A stretch of 64,000 bases of DNA from IMG/VR virus record IMGVR_UViG_3300009508_000011, positions 124,001-188,000 of that record, one strand, 5' to 3'. Positions 40,999 to 50,449 of this stretch are shown piece after piece. The notes below the pieces were generated by a model. The model made no database searches, was not told the DNA's origin, and worked only from the letters and a program-made list of their open reading frames with translations. Position 1 is the first letter of the stretch. Every line of letters starts with the position of its first letter. The position numbers and the translations under genes were made by a program.

Positions 40999-41532
40999 TT
41001 GTTTACCATACTGGAAAAGCTACTAGTATTCATACTAGAAGGGGCAAAGGACGCACCCGGTGACGGTGGTGCCGAAGTGCTACCAAGCCGTAATCATAAA
41101 AAGCCTATGGTTATATTGTCTGTGTTGACTATAATAGGTATTGGTATATGGTACGTTTGGTACGATAGTTACGTTAAAAATGCTCGGGAGATAGCTAAAA
41201 TAAAAGAAGCTCAGTCAAAAAGAGTCATTGCTGATTTACAAAGGGCTAACCTTAGTCTTAAAGATGAACGCATTCGACTAGCGGCTGATGTACGTAGAAT
41301 AACCGATAACTTAACTACCGTAACCCGTGAAAGGGATAAACTCCAAAACGCCTATGATAGGGTAGTGGTTACTCTTAAGGCAGAACAGACTGTAGTTACT
41401 AAACAGGTAGAACAGTTATCTAATCTTAAACATCAAATTGAGAAACTACAATTACAGCTAGATACCTATGCTAAAGATAATAGGATTATCTGGGACGAGA
41501 TAGTTACTTTAGGTAAAGAGGAGGGCACCTAG
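40999..41532 (+). CDS. Putative inner-membrane spanin (Rz-like)
   Basis: TTG start after GGGAGG. A single N-terminal TM segment (VILSVLTIIGIGIWYVWY) followed by a long coiled coil. Confidence 0.6.
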   Translation: MFTILEKLLVFILEGAKDAPGDGGAEVLPSRNHKKPMVILSVLTIIGIGIWYVWYDSYVKNAREIAKIKEAQSKRVIADLQRANLSLKDERIRLAADVRRITDNLTTVTRERDKLQNAYDRVVVTLKAEQTVVTKQVEQLSNLKHQIEKLQLQLDTYAKDNRIIWDEIVTLGKEEGT

Positions 41533-42086
41533 TGCGTGTAAAACTATTTATACTTATAATGTCCCTAGCACTGACTTCATGTGTAACCACGGACGAGATT
41601 TTAGGTACTGACAATACCAAGGACAAGGAATTGGGTAATAGTTCATATATACCTTACCAGTATATACATACTAACCCACCTGATAAACTACTGCCATCTC
41701 CTACGTTTATACATTCCGCTAAAGGTGAGTATACTTACTACAAAGAGAAAGAACTTGAGGCTTATGCTGATGCCCTGATGGAATACCATGGTTACCTTGA
41801 AAGATACATACGTTCTTTAGAGGGTAGTGATGGTAAACCATTAGTTACTATTGGTAGGGAAAGATGCCTGATAGAGCTTGCAAGGGTAACCGTTATAACT
41901 CCACCACCTAACCGACCTATACCACCTACCTACAGTAGTGTGGAAAAGTCAGAGGGTACAGACTTAATGATTTCCTATCTCAATGAGGTAGACAAGTGGA
42001 TTGAGAATCTTGAGAAACACAACAGTGACTCAGTTAAACAATTCAATAAACTCATTATGTCAATAAAGAAAGTGTGTAGTTCATAA
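41532..42086 (+). CDS. Putative outer-membrane lipoprotein spanin (Rz1-like)
   Basis: Signal peptide with lipobox LTS-C17 and Pro-rich segments. The start overlaps the previous stop. Confidence 0.6.
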   Translation: MRVKLFILIMSLALTSCVTTDEILGTDNTKDKELGNSSYIPYQYIHTNPPDKLLPSPTFIHSAKGEYTYYKEKELEAYADALMEYHGYLERYIRSLEGSDGKPLVTIGRERCLIELARVTVITPPPNRPIPPTYSSVEKSEGTDLMISYLNEVDKWIENLEKHNSDSVKQFNKLIMSIKKVCSS

Positions 42087-42095
42087 TCGACATAA

Positions 42096-42114
42096 GGGAG
42101 AGCTTTCGCTCTCC
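42096..42114. terminator. Bidirectional terminator
   Basis: AGGGAGAGC-TTTC-GCTCTCCTT between convergent genes. Confidence 0.7.
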
Positions 42115-42128
42115 TTTACTTTTGCCGT

Positions 42129-42455
42129 CTAGATGTTTTCGTTTAAGAAGCCCACTAGTTGCTGTTTACTAATAGCGCCTACTTTACTACCTACAACGGC
42201 CCCATCTTTAAACATTAGCATAGTGGGAATGCCACGAATACCGAACTTAGGGGCAATGTCGCCATGGTCATCGATGTTAAGTTTAGCTATTGTAGCCTTA
42301 CCATCAAACTCATCTGCTGCTTCATCTAATAAAGGAGCAACCATTTTACAAGGACCGCACCAAGGTGCCCAGAAATCAACCAATACTGGACCATCTGCAT
42401 TTAACACTTCACTATCGAAATTATCACTAGTTAGCGTTACAATCTTTTCGTTCAT
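42129..42455 (-). CDS. trxA: Thioredoxin
   Basis: [19 protein letters not shown]. 108 aa, cellular TrxA-like. Confidence 0.95.
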   Translation of the reverse strand: MNEKIVTLTSDNFDSEVLNADGPVLVDFWAPWCGPCKMVAPLLDEAADEFDGKATIAKLNIDDHGDIAPKFGIRGIPTMLMFKDGAVVGSKVGAISKQQLVGFLNENI

Positions 42456-42464
42456 ATACTTCTC

Positions 42465-42740
42465 CTATTTATTTCCCGTCATCATTACATTACTACGGAA
42501 AGCTAAGTCATTAATAAATGATATCGCCACATCTGCACTTGACCAAGTTGACCCTATGGCGAATGACTCTACCTTTTTATCAGAGTAGAGAGATACGTGT
42601 CTTCTACAACGAGTACACATTCTCTCTGACCCTGACGTGAATTTCATGTTTTCCCAAGGTTGCCACAAGTGACCCTCATCATAACACCTTTCGATTAGAT
42701 GTTTGTGAGCACCACTCATTACCTGTAATCCATCAGACAT
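42465..42740 (-). CDS. Small hypothetical protein with C/H-CxxC putative Zn motif
   Basis: CYDEGHLW...CTRCRRH. Confidence 0.55.
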   Translation of the reverse strand: MSDGLQVMSGAHKHLIERCYDEGHLWQPWENMKFTSGSERMCTRCRRHVSLYSDKKVESFAIGSTWSSADVAISFINDLAFRSNVMMTGNK

Positions 42741-45232
42741 TATCCGAACTCCACATGTTCATTGTATCTACTAGGAACTGTAATGTTAGATTTGTCTACT
42801 ACGCATGTCTCACAAGCGCCTAAAGAATTTTGAACGGCGTATGCATGGGAGATAGTCCACAACTGACTACAGTTACTACTGTCGATTAGGAGTTTAAGAA
42901 AACGCTGTAAATTCTCTCTATGCTCTTCATCAAAAGAAGAACCTAACTCATCGGTGTAAAGTGGGTAATCGTCCATACCTAGGTAAGACATCGATACTAA
43001 GATGAATGCGAAGTCTATAATATCCGCCTGACCAGTAGAGGATAGAGCAACGTCGGCATTAGCTTCTGGTTCTCCCTCTACGCGCAATGGAAATTTATAG
43101 TCTAGGTTTTCACCTGAGCCCTTACATGGTAAAACTTCTAAGTCGTGTGTCCAGACTTTATCTATTATACCGTTTATAGATTCAGTGAATTTATGCATGA
43201 AGCCTAATAACTGTTCAGCAATCAATCCAGTAGTAGGAGATAAGGCACTGGTAAGTAACTTCCACATTTCACCATCCTTTTCCAACTTAAGTGATTGTTC
43301 CTCTAAGTCGTTCAGGATACCTCGTTGTGTCTCCTGTTCTTGTATTGTTTTGGTTACAGTTGCTAACTTCTGTTGGTGGATAGCTATATCTTCCTGAAGC
43401 CTTAGTTCGCGCATTGCCTCAACCCGTTCTTCCAATAGTCGTTCATAATCACTAAGCATGTTACCAATGACTACTTCAGCGCGAGAGACAAAGTCAGCTC
43501 GTTTAAAATTGGACTGTAGGAACGTTCTAGTCTTTTCTAGCTCCTCTAACGCCTTCAGAGAGCCGTTTAACTTATCGGTTAGGCTTGACTCTCGTTTAGC
43601 TATGGACTCAAGACGACTGCTTACGTTGCTTGATTCACCAGCCTTGATTAACTTGCGCTCTGCATCTAGAATAGTATCTTGGAGTTGGTTAATCTCCTGC
43701 ATGTTCAACAATTCTAATTCTGCATCAACTAGGTAATGTAAAACATTCATTGGGTCATTATAGAGTACTTCGTCAGATATTACTTCTTTCCATACTCCAC
43801 GGAACATCATGAAACCATTTATGATATTCCTAAATTCACGCATGTTAGATTCACATCGTTCAAAACCAATTACCGCCTCTTCTATTTTTTCCAAGGCTTT
43901 GGTTTCTTTCTCGATGAAGGCAACACCGTTTTCAATCTTAGCTTCTAACTCAGCTGATTCTTTTTCACTAACGCCAGGGATGTATATATAACTACACTTA
44001 GGACACTCTTCACGCTTAGCTTCTTTAATGTCCTGTACACGATGGCGTAATTTATCTAAGGTGTTTTCAGCTCTAACGAATACTGTTCTTCTTTCATGTA
44101 GTTCATGTTTAAGTTTCCCGTACTCACCACGTTCTATCTCACCCTTGAAATCAATAGCTGTCTTACAGTCAATAAATTCAGATAACATACCACGTACTTC
44201 GGTAAGTAGTGGAATATATTCAGAGTCGAAGTTCATCCAAGCGAATCTTTCTTCCTTAGCTTTGAGTTTCTCAAGTTTCTTCTCAGACTCTTCTTTAATA
44301 CGTGCCCACTTAACAGCATCAATGGATTCAAACTTACGTAGGTCTTCTAACTCACGCTGTAGTTCATCTAGTTCACCCATGATGGTATCACGGTTTGTAA
44401 CTAGTCCAGACTTATTACCATTTAATTCAGATAGTCTGTGTTGGTAGTCGGATAGGGAAAATATACTTTCTTCAGCTATTACCAATGGTTTAAAGCCCAT
44501 GTACTCATCTAGATGCTTATCCACTAGATTGTGCATTCTACCTGCTTGTTCTTGAAACTGTCTATCTACCTCATTGAAGTTACGAGCACTTGAATTGGTA
44601 AAACCCATGAGTTGTGTTAGTGTAGATGATAACCTATCTTGAATACCTCTCCACTGTTCCCAATCCTCATCTTTCCAAACATTAGCTGTTTCGTTAACCA
44701 TACGTTTATCTAACAATTTCTTAGCGCCAGCAACGTCACGAGAGGCTGAGGCTACACGTTTAAATAAACCAATGGCATATGTAAGGTCAAGGCCAGATAT
44801 CTTCGTAAGGAACTCCCTACGCTGAGTAGGATTCATTTTAGTAAAGCGTACCTTACCCAACATTATATCCATAACTTCAGAATCTAGACCGAAGTGTATC
44901 TTAAGTAGTTCTTTCTGGACAGCACCTGTCTCACCTTCGTTTATATTCGCCCCATCGACAATGAACTCAAACGTTGAATTCTTCTTGTGGAAATATTGTC
45001 GTGTTTCGTATATGGTGTTGTTGTGCTCAACTTTAACTATCTTCTTACCGCCTACTTTAAAATCTTTTCTATCGGCAACCCAACAGTTAACTTGTTCTTG
45101 TAGACTCGACTTACCAGAGCCATTTGTTCCAATAATCAATTGTATTAGTTCAGATGCCGTTATCTTAATACTGTTTACTTTGTTAAGTTTTAAACGACGA
45201 TACCCTTCAAGGTATACTTCAATTATTCTCAT
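42740..45232 (-). CDS. sbcC: SbcC/Rad50-like SMC ATPase (phiKZ gp165-like)
   Basis: Walker A GTNGSGKSS, coiled coils with CPKC zinc hook, signature LSSTGQ and Walker B LYTDELG. Confidence 0.9.
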   Translation of the reverse strand: MRIIEVYLEGYRRLKLNKVNSIKITASELIQLIIGTNGSGKSSLQEQVNCWVADRKDFKVGGKKIVKVEHNNTIYETRQYFHKKNSTFEFIVDGANINEGETGAVQKELLKIHFGLDSEVMDIMLGKVRFTKMNPTQRREFLTKISGLDLTYAIGLFKRVASASRDVAGAKKLLDKRMVNETANVWKDEDWEQWRGIQDRLSSTLTQLMGFTNSSARNFNEVDRQFQEQAGRMHNLVDKHLDEYMGFKPLVIAEESIFSLSDYQHRLSELNGNKSGLVTNRDTIMGELDELQRELEDLRKFESIDAVKWARIKEESEKKLEKLKAKEERFAWMNFDSEYIPLLTEVRGMLSEFIDCKTAIDFKGEIERGEYGKLKHELHERRTVFVRAENTLDKLRHRVQDIKEAKREECPKCSYIYIPGVSEKESAELEAKIENGVAFIEKETKALEKIEEAVIGFERCESNMREFRNIINGFMMFRGVWKEVISDEVLYNDPMNVLHYLVDAELELLNMQEINQLQDTILDAERKLIKAGESSNVSSRLESIAKRESSLTDKLNGSLKALEELEKTRTFLQSNFKRADFVSRAEVVIGNMLSDYERLLEERVEAMRELRLQEDIAIHQQKLATVTKTIQEQETQRGILNDLEEQSLKLEKDGEMWKLLTSALSPTTGLIAEQLLGFMHKFTESINGIIDKVWTHDLEVLPCKGSGENLDYKFPLRVEGEPEANADVALSSTGQADIIDFAFILVSMSYLGMDDYPLYTDELGSSFDEEHRENLQRFLKLLIDSSNCSQLWTISHAYAVQNSLGACETCVVDKSNITVPSRYNEHVEFG

Positions 45233-45318
45233 TATCTTAATATCCCCTAAGACGTTCTATACTAGAAGGGAGTGAAGTATTTTTTAGACGGCATAAAGGA
45301 CGGTTTCCCGTCCTAGGT

Positions 45319-45561
45319 TTATGCCACATCTAAAGCTAGTTCTGGTTCTACGTCACCAATGATTTCTCTATTGGTTAAGTTACCTACTAACCTACTAAGT
45401 CTACCTTTTACAGATTTAGTAGATGTATCAAGTCCTCCTGATAAAAAGACTTGTATGTTGCCTTGGTTTGTCTGGTTAGTCACTTCGGCAAATTCGGAAG
45501 CATCTAACCAAGCGGCTGGTACTACTTCCACTTTATCGGATTTACGATTTCGTTTGCTCAT
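45319..45561 (-). CDS. Hypothetical protein
   Basis: Likely start MSKRNRK (45561), overlapping the end of the upstream gene. Confidence 0.55.
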   Translation of the reverse strand: MSKRNRKSDKVEVVPAAWLDASEFAEVTNQTNQGNIQVFLSGGLDTSTKSVKGRLSRLVGNLTNREIIGDVEPELALDVA

Positions 45562-46336
45562 CCGTCCTTTCTCCAATATCTTCAACTGGGACTTTAGCCA
45601 GTTCCTCAGCTATCTTCTGCTTGTAGAACTTTTTAAGGTTAATGCCCTCTGGTGAATCATGTCTAATCATGAAGAGTTTAAATACCAACTCTTCCTCAAT
45701 GGTTGCTCGCCTTAACATTTCATCTTCAGGTAACTTAGTACGTTCAGAATCGCTATCACGGAATACTAAAAACTCATCACTGAACCAGTGAGGTTTCATT
45801 CCCATATTTCGCCAATCCATTAAGTCTTTGTTGATTAGATGTTGTGACGTAAAAACCTCTTCGGTTGAGATACCCACAGCTGTAAAGTTTGAGCGTTTAT
45901 TAACCATACGCTTACACAACATGATAATGCGCATTAGTCCAGCAACTGGCTTCTCTACACTGAGTTCTTGTAACCTTGCTTGTTCCTGAGCGTAAATTTC
46001 CTCACGTCCCTTTAGAGGCATACCTGATAATGCTTCTACCCGTAAGAAGAAACTACTAACCTCGTCCGGTAGTGGGGTTGCCATTACGTCAGGTTCAAGT
46101 GCAGTCATGAACTCGGTTGCATATACCCAACCATTCATCGCCTCTGATGGCGTTTGGTTAGCGTTGATAACCCCAATTATTTCAAGTTGTCTAATTGCAG
46201 CTTTATAAGCCTGCTCTCGATTATCGTTATCTGGCAGTAACAATGTATCTAAGCAGAGCTTTAGGAAGCGAAGACGTCTAACTAAAGTAGTGTCCACCGC
46301 TAAGTGTTCATGGTCGTGATGGTCGTGGGTACTCAT
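45542..46336 (-). CDS. Hypothetical protein with His-rich N-terminus
   Basis: 264 aa beginning MSTHDHHDHEH. Confidence 0.7.
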   Translation of the reverse strand: MSTHDHHDHEHLAVDTTLVRRLRFLKLCLDTLLLPDNDNREQAYKAAIRQLEIIGVINANQTPSEAMNGWVYATEFMTALEPDVMATPLPDEVSSFFLRVEALSGMPLKGREEIYAQEQARLQELSVEKPVAGLMRIIMLCKRMVNKRSNFTAVGISTEEVFTSQHLINKDLMDWRNMGMKPHWFSDEFLVFRDSDSERTKLPEDEMLRRATIEEELVFKLFMIRHDSPEGINLKKFYKQKIAEELAKVPVEDIGERTDEQTKS

Positions 46337-46429
46337 TTTGTTCTAATCCTAAATAACATGTGATTGGGTAGTACGCCCTAGTCTATAGTATTATCTAGGT
46401 ATGTATTTTTTAAAGGCTCATTGTCTGCA

Positions 46430-46732
46430 TCAAATGACCCCCTGTCCTATTAGCATACGTAAATCCTCAGTTGACAGTACAATATGAAAATCGTACTCAG
46501 TGTCTTGTGGAGTAAGTACTTCAACAGTTTCCTTAAGTTCCTTTTCCCATAAGCCATACATAATTTCAACAGCCGTGTCGAAATCTTCCGCTAAGAGTGC
46601 TTTAGTAGCTATATGCATATCTACATAACCTACCTTACCAACAACCCTTAACATAGCCTTTGACATATACATGTCAGGTTCAAGTTTAATAATACCCTGA
46701 ACTATATTCGAAAACTTATTATCTCTATCCAC
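46430..46732 (-). CDS. Hypothetical protein
   Basis: 100 aa. GTG start after GAGG. Confidence 0.6.
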   Translation of the reverse strand: MDRDNKFSNIVQGIIKLEPDMYMSKAMLRVVGKVGYVDMHIATKALLAEDFDTAVEIMYGLWEKELKETVEVLTPQDTEYDFHIVLSTEDLRMLIGQGVI

Positions 46733-46844
46733 TATAGATACCTCATTAATTAGTGACTTCTTGAGTTATCTCTGGTCGGGCTTATAATTATAGTTATTCC
46801 CATACGCCCTCATGCAATAAACATGGAAAAGAAAAAATACTTCA

Positions 46845-47378
46845 CTAACTCCTCTTCTGGGGAGGGGAGAGATTATATAAAAACAATATTAATTCGAGTT
46901 CTACGAGAGTTAATATTGTATCCTTATCCCTTCTCTTCAATCTCTTAATTGTTTAATATTTAATCATCTTTATTCGCTATCTTAAGGATAGCTATACACT
47001 CAATATTTTTAATATATTTTTTTACTATATATTATGTCTCAACTAAAAGAAAGAGACAGAGAGAGTTCCTATGGTAACTAAGGAATATCGAATCGCCAAT
47101 AGTCTTCGACCTGCTTTATACTCTTTACGGGGTATAGGGTAGGTTGGACTTCCAGTGTTCTTAGAACATTCGTTGGCGTGGAGGAGAGTAGAGAAAGAAA
47201 CACCCCAACAAGTAGGAGTGTTATAACTATTAAAGAGACTCCCTAAGAGTCTCGCATTAATATTGTTATAGACTAGTAAATACTAAGAGATTATATAAAT
47301 TTTCTAAAAAAATTCGATTTTTGATTATTTTTTAAACAAAAAAAGAGGAGCCGTCAAGCTCCTCGATTTATGTCGTCT
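46845..47378 (+). ncRNA. Candidate structured non-coding RNA (boundaries approximate)
   Basis: ~650-bp ORF-free gap with at least 8 stems. The G-U wobble pairs are compatible only with the + strand. No family recognised. Confidence 0.45.
47345..47364. terminator. Terminator (U-tract on minus strand; motif-linked on plus)
   Basis: GAGGAGC-CGTCAA-GCTCCTC with an A-tract on the left and TTTATGTCGTC on the right. Confidence 0.7.
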
Positions 47379-47380
47379 AA

Positions 47381-48046
47381 CTAATCTTCTAATCCAGTCT
47401 TGAAGAAGTCAGGATTGATGATGTTGATATGGTCTTCATGTGTCACATGAACTTTCTCACCATGTAGCAACAACACAATTGACTCACCTGGGGCAGGCCA
47501 CTCATCATCATTCAGTTCCGAATGTCTCTCTCTGAAGTCTTCTAAACCTTCATGGGTTAGGTCACACACTCTATAAGCACCGTGTGTTTCCCAATGAACA
47601 ATGGGTGCAAGTGGGCGAATTGGTTCGTTAGTTCCCCAAATCTTTATAACCTTACCCTTAACATCGCTGTTAGGGACATTGTGGTTAGTAACGAGTAGAT
47701 ACTGATTACCCTTACGTTCGATAGACCAAGAGTTCTTCACGAACTCAGCTAAGGTACTACTGAATGCCATCTTCTCAGCTATACTACTAGTTAAGTAGAT
47801 ACGTCCTTCAAGAGACTCACGGAGAGTCTCCTCGTCAAACTTACCAATGGCAAGCTTACCCTGAATCTCAATACTGAACCCAGCACCTTTGGTGCAGATA
47901 TAGTAAGCATTGAAATCACGACGTACATCTGGAGTAGCGTTCTGTAAAGAAACACTCCATTCTGCAGTTTCAGGAATAGCCCCACGAATGATATCATGTT
48001 CGCCATCTTTCACTTCTTGTAGTTTACGAGGTTTAAATTCTGACAT
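47381..48046 (-). CDS. Hypothetical protein sharing a C-terminal module with 49280-50449
   Basis: 221 aa with AGGAG RBS. Confidence 0.7.
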   Translation of the reverse strand: MSEFKPRKLQEVKDGEHDIIRGAIPETAEWSVSLQNATPDVRRDFNAYYICTKGAGFSIEIQGKLAIGKFDEETLRESLEGRIYLTSSIAEKMAFSSTLAEFVKNSWSIERKGNQYLLVTNHNVPNSDVKGKVIKIWGTNEPIRPLAPIVHWETHGAYRVCDLTHEGLEDFRERHSELNDDEWPAPGESIVLLLHGEKVHVTHEDHINIINPDFFKTGLED

Positions 48047-48074
48047 TGTATTCTCCTTTTAGATTTAATGTCGG

Positions 48075-48749
48075 TTAGATTGATAGATTGTTTATACGGT
48101 AGTTTAGGATAGTATCCAAATATACCTCTGAGTCATCGAGTATGAAGTAAACACGATGTCCGTCAGTTTGTGGTTTATGTACTTGATAGTCCCCGTCTAA
48201 AACATAGCCACGGTATACGAACGTATACTTCACATCGTTATGTTTAAACAGCGCACAGTTAAACTTAAGTTCATCCATTGAGAGATTAAAGAGTGGATAA
48301 GTTCGATTAATCTCTTCGAAAGTATTCTTGTCACAGGCACCAATGGGTAAGGAGTCAAACGCCAGTAAACTATTAAGTAGTTGGCAACTGCTACCCAGCA
48401 CTTTATTACTAGACCACCTGACAACCACTTCACGATGATAACTTAAAGTCTTTACTAACTTACCAGACTCTGAGTTACCACCATCCATTTCAAGTACGTA
48501 CTTGAAGTTCAATGACTTTGTTAACATGCTACTAAAACGTGGACACTCTTCACCAATGTAGATACATGGAGAACGTGAAAGTATAGATTCAACAGTATCG
48601 TAATCCTTACCAGTGTCCATCACTCTAGCTGACAATACCCACCCAAGTGCTTTGTTTCTTTCACCAATAACTCGGTAGCGGAAAGCATTAACCGCGTAGT
48701 TAGATTCAATATGTTTTAAGCGCATTGTAAGCCCCCTGTTAGCCAACAA
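48075..48749 (-). CDS. Hypothetical protein
   Basis: ~220 aa. The start may be MRLKH. Confidence 0.6.
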   Translation of the reverse strand: MLANRGLTMRLKHIESNYAVNAFRYRVIGERNKALGWVLSARVMDTGKDYDTVESILSRSPCIYIGEECPRFSSMLTKSLNFKYVLEMDGGNSESGKLVKTLSYHREVVVRWSSNKVLGSSCQLLNSLLAFDSLPIGACDKNTFEEINRTYPLFNLSMDELKFNCALFKHNDVKYTFVYRGYVLDGDYQVHKPQTDGHRVYFILDDSEVYLDTILNYRINNLSI

Positions 48750-49248
48750 CTAATGAATGGTTACCAATGGGTCTAGCTGTCTTAACAAACAGACATAGAC
48801 GCTGTGAGGACCACACATCAAATAGAACCACTTCTTCCCACTCACGCGATGGAAAGTCCAGTTTACGAGTACGATTAATGTCTAGACGGAACAACTTAAG
48901 AATTCTAGATTCTTCAGTATCTAGGTTCTTAATGGTTATTTGTAATAGATGCCAAGCACTATCCAACTCGTCAGCTATATTACATAACTCGTAAATTATC
49001 TCCTCAACCTCCCTATTATCGATAGTAGAGGTAGCTGGGTGACCGCTATCAATAGCCGGTTGAAACGCAGGTAGGAATCTAGATAACTCAGCTAACATTT
49101 CATCAGCTCCCACAATCTTCTTATCTTCTTTCTTACGCCACGGTACCACGCCCTCAGTTGAGTCCGCCATGGTTATTTTTGTTATTTCTACTCGTTCGTT
49201 AGATTGATACATTTTCTTTTTCCTGTTAGTAAAAGATTTAAACGGCAT
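48739..49248 (-). CDS. Hypothetical protein
   Basis: ~160 aa. The start may be MYQSN. Confidence 0.6.
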   Translation of the reverse strand: MPFKSFTNRKKKMYQSNERVEITKITMADSTEGVVPWRKKEDKKIVGADEMLAELSRFLPAFQPAIDSGHPATSTIDNREVEEIIYELCNIADELDSAWHLLQITIKNLDTEESRILKLFRLDINRTRKLDFPSREWEEVVLFDVWSSQRLCLFVKTARPIGNHSLVVG

Positions 49249-49279
49249 AAGTGAGGGTCCAACGACCCCCGCTTACATT

Positions 49280-50449
49280 TTAACCAGCATCGAATCCGTT
49301 AAGGATACTTTGCCATTCTTCGTAAGTTAACTCTACGTCCCCAAAAGGAGTAGGTAACATTACTTCTTCACCTTCTTCTGGCCAGTCTACAGTTGGAATG
49401 TAGTTGACTAGGTTGGTTTCAATTTCCTGACGTTGCTCAATAGACAATTCAGATAATCGCATTTTAGGAAACTCCTCAGTAAGTAGGTCCATATGCCTTA
49501 CAGGATTGAATTTAATAGATGGATACTTCCAACCATTCAACTCTAGGTCACATGCTTTAGTTAAAAGTGCAGATAGCAGCTCTTGGGTCAACCCGTAGAA
49601 CTTTCTACGTAACTCAAAACCAGTGGTTAAACATAAGGCTTTGAACGTGTCTTTGGACAACGCTGCATTCTCATACACAGTAGACCATTTATAATTAAGT
49701 TCACGCAGTATACGATGTCTTGTATCCCAATCGCTAACGTCGAACTCATCGCTAATGATTAGTATGGCACTACAGCCACTTAGATTACCAGTGACTATTA
49801 TTTTCCAGCCATCTGGACCAACTTTAGAAAGTGGTTCACGAACCTTAAATACTGAAAGACTACCCTGAGACATAGTTTCCCTAGGTAAAGGTGCTAGTCT
49901 ACCACCCTGTACAGGTACCCAGTTATCCAAACCTAGTAAACGCATACATGTTCTATCGCTCACTACTTCAACAACGTATGAACTCTTAACACTACTACCA
50001 TCAGGTACGAATAACCGAACGGCATCTACTGTGTAGTCGTATGTAACAGCATCGTCGTGTTCCACTATTCGGTTAACTTGGTCGTCTTCATATTTTGATT
50101 TAGATATACTTGGTGGAATCTTAGCATTGATGCTTGTCTCATATTCAGCTATGTCCATCTTAGTGGCTACGTTAACCCATTGTTCCAACTGAGCAGTATT
50201 CACTATCTGGTCATTCCAAGCCTGCGATAAATCAACTACGTCACTAGTGGCAAAGCCTACATTAGGCTTCATCCAAATGAGACAGTCCAAATAACGCACA
50301 GCTGTTTGACCATTACTTAATTCAGGAGACAACTCCCAACGTATGGCGAAATCTAACACATCCAACTTATCAAACAAGTCAGTGTTATCTGGTAAGTCAC
50401 CCAATTCAACTCTTCGTAGTGAACCTCTTGCTATTCTAATCTGAGACAT
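49280..50449 (-). CDS. Hypothetical protein with CNF1-like 'GNLSGC' motif
   Basis: 389 aa containing IIVTGNLSGCSAILI. Confidence 0.65.
   Translation of the reverse strand: MSQIRIARGSLRRVELGDLPDNTDLFDKLDVLDFAIRWELSPELSNGQTAVRYLDCLIWMKPNVGFATSDVVDLSQAWNDQIVNTAQLEQWVNVATKMDIAEYETSINAKIPPSISKSKYEDDQVNRIVEHDDAVTYDYTVDAVRLFVPDGSSVKSSYVVEVVSDRTCMRLLGLDNWVPVQGGRLAPLPRETMSQGSLSVFKVREPLSKVGPDGWKIIVTGNLSGCSAILIISDEFDVSDWDTRHRILRELNYKWSTVYENAALSKDTFKALCLTTGFELRRKFYGLTQELLSALLTKACDLELNGWKYPSIKFNPVRHMDLLTEEFPKMRLSELSIEQRQEIETNLVNYIPTVDWPEEGEEVMLPTPFGDVELTYEEWQSILNGFDAG

Noticed and set aside
42740-45232. sbcC without an adjacent sbcD
   Set aside because: The two genes are commonly unlinked in phiKZ-like genomes, so this is not evidence of a new system.
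46733-47380. tRNA genes in the large intergenic gap
   Set aside because: No cloverleaf with T-loop GTTCRA or D-loop consensus was found on either strand.
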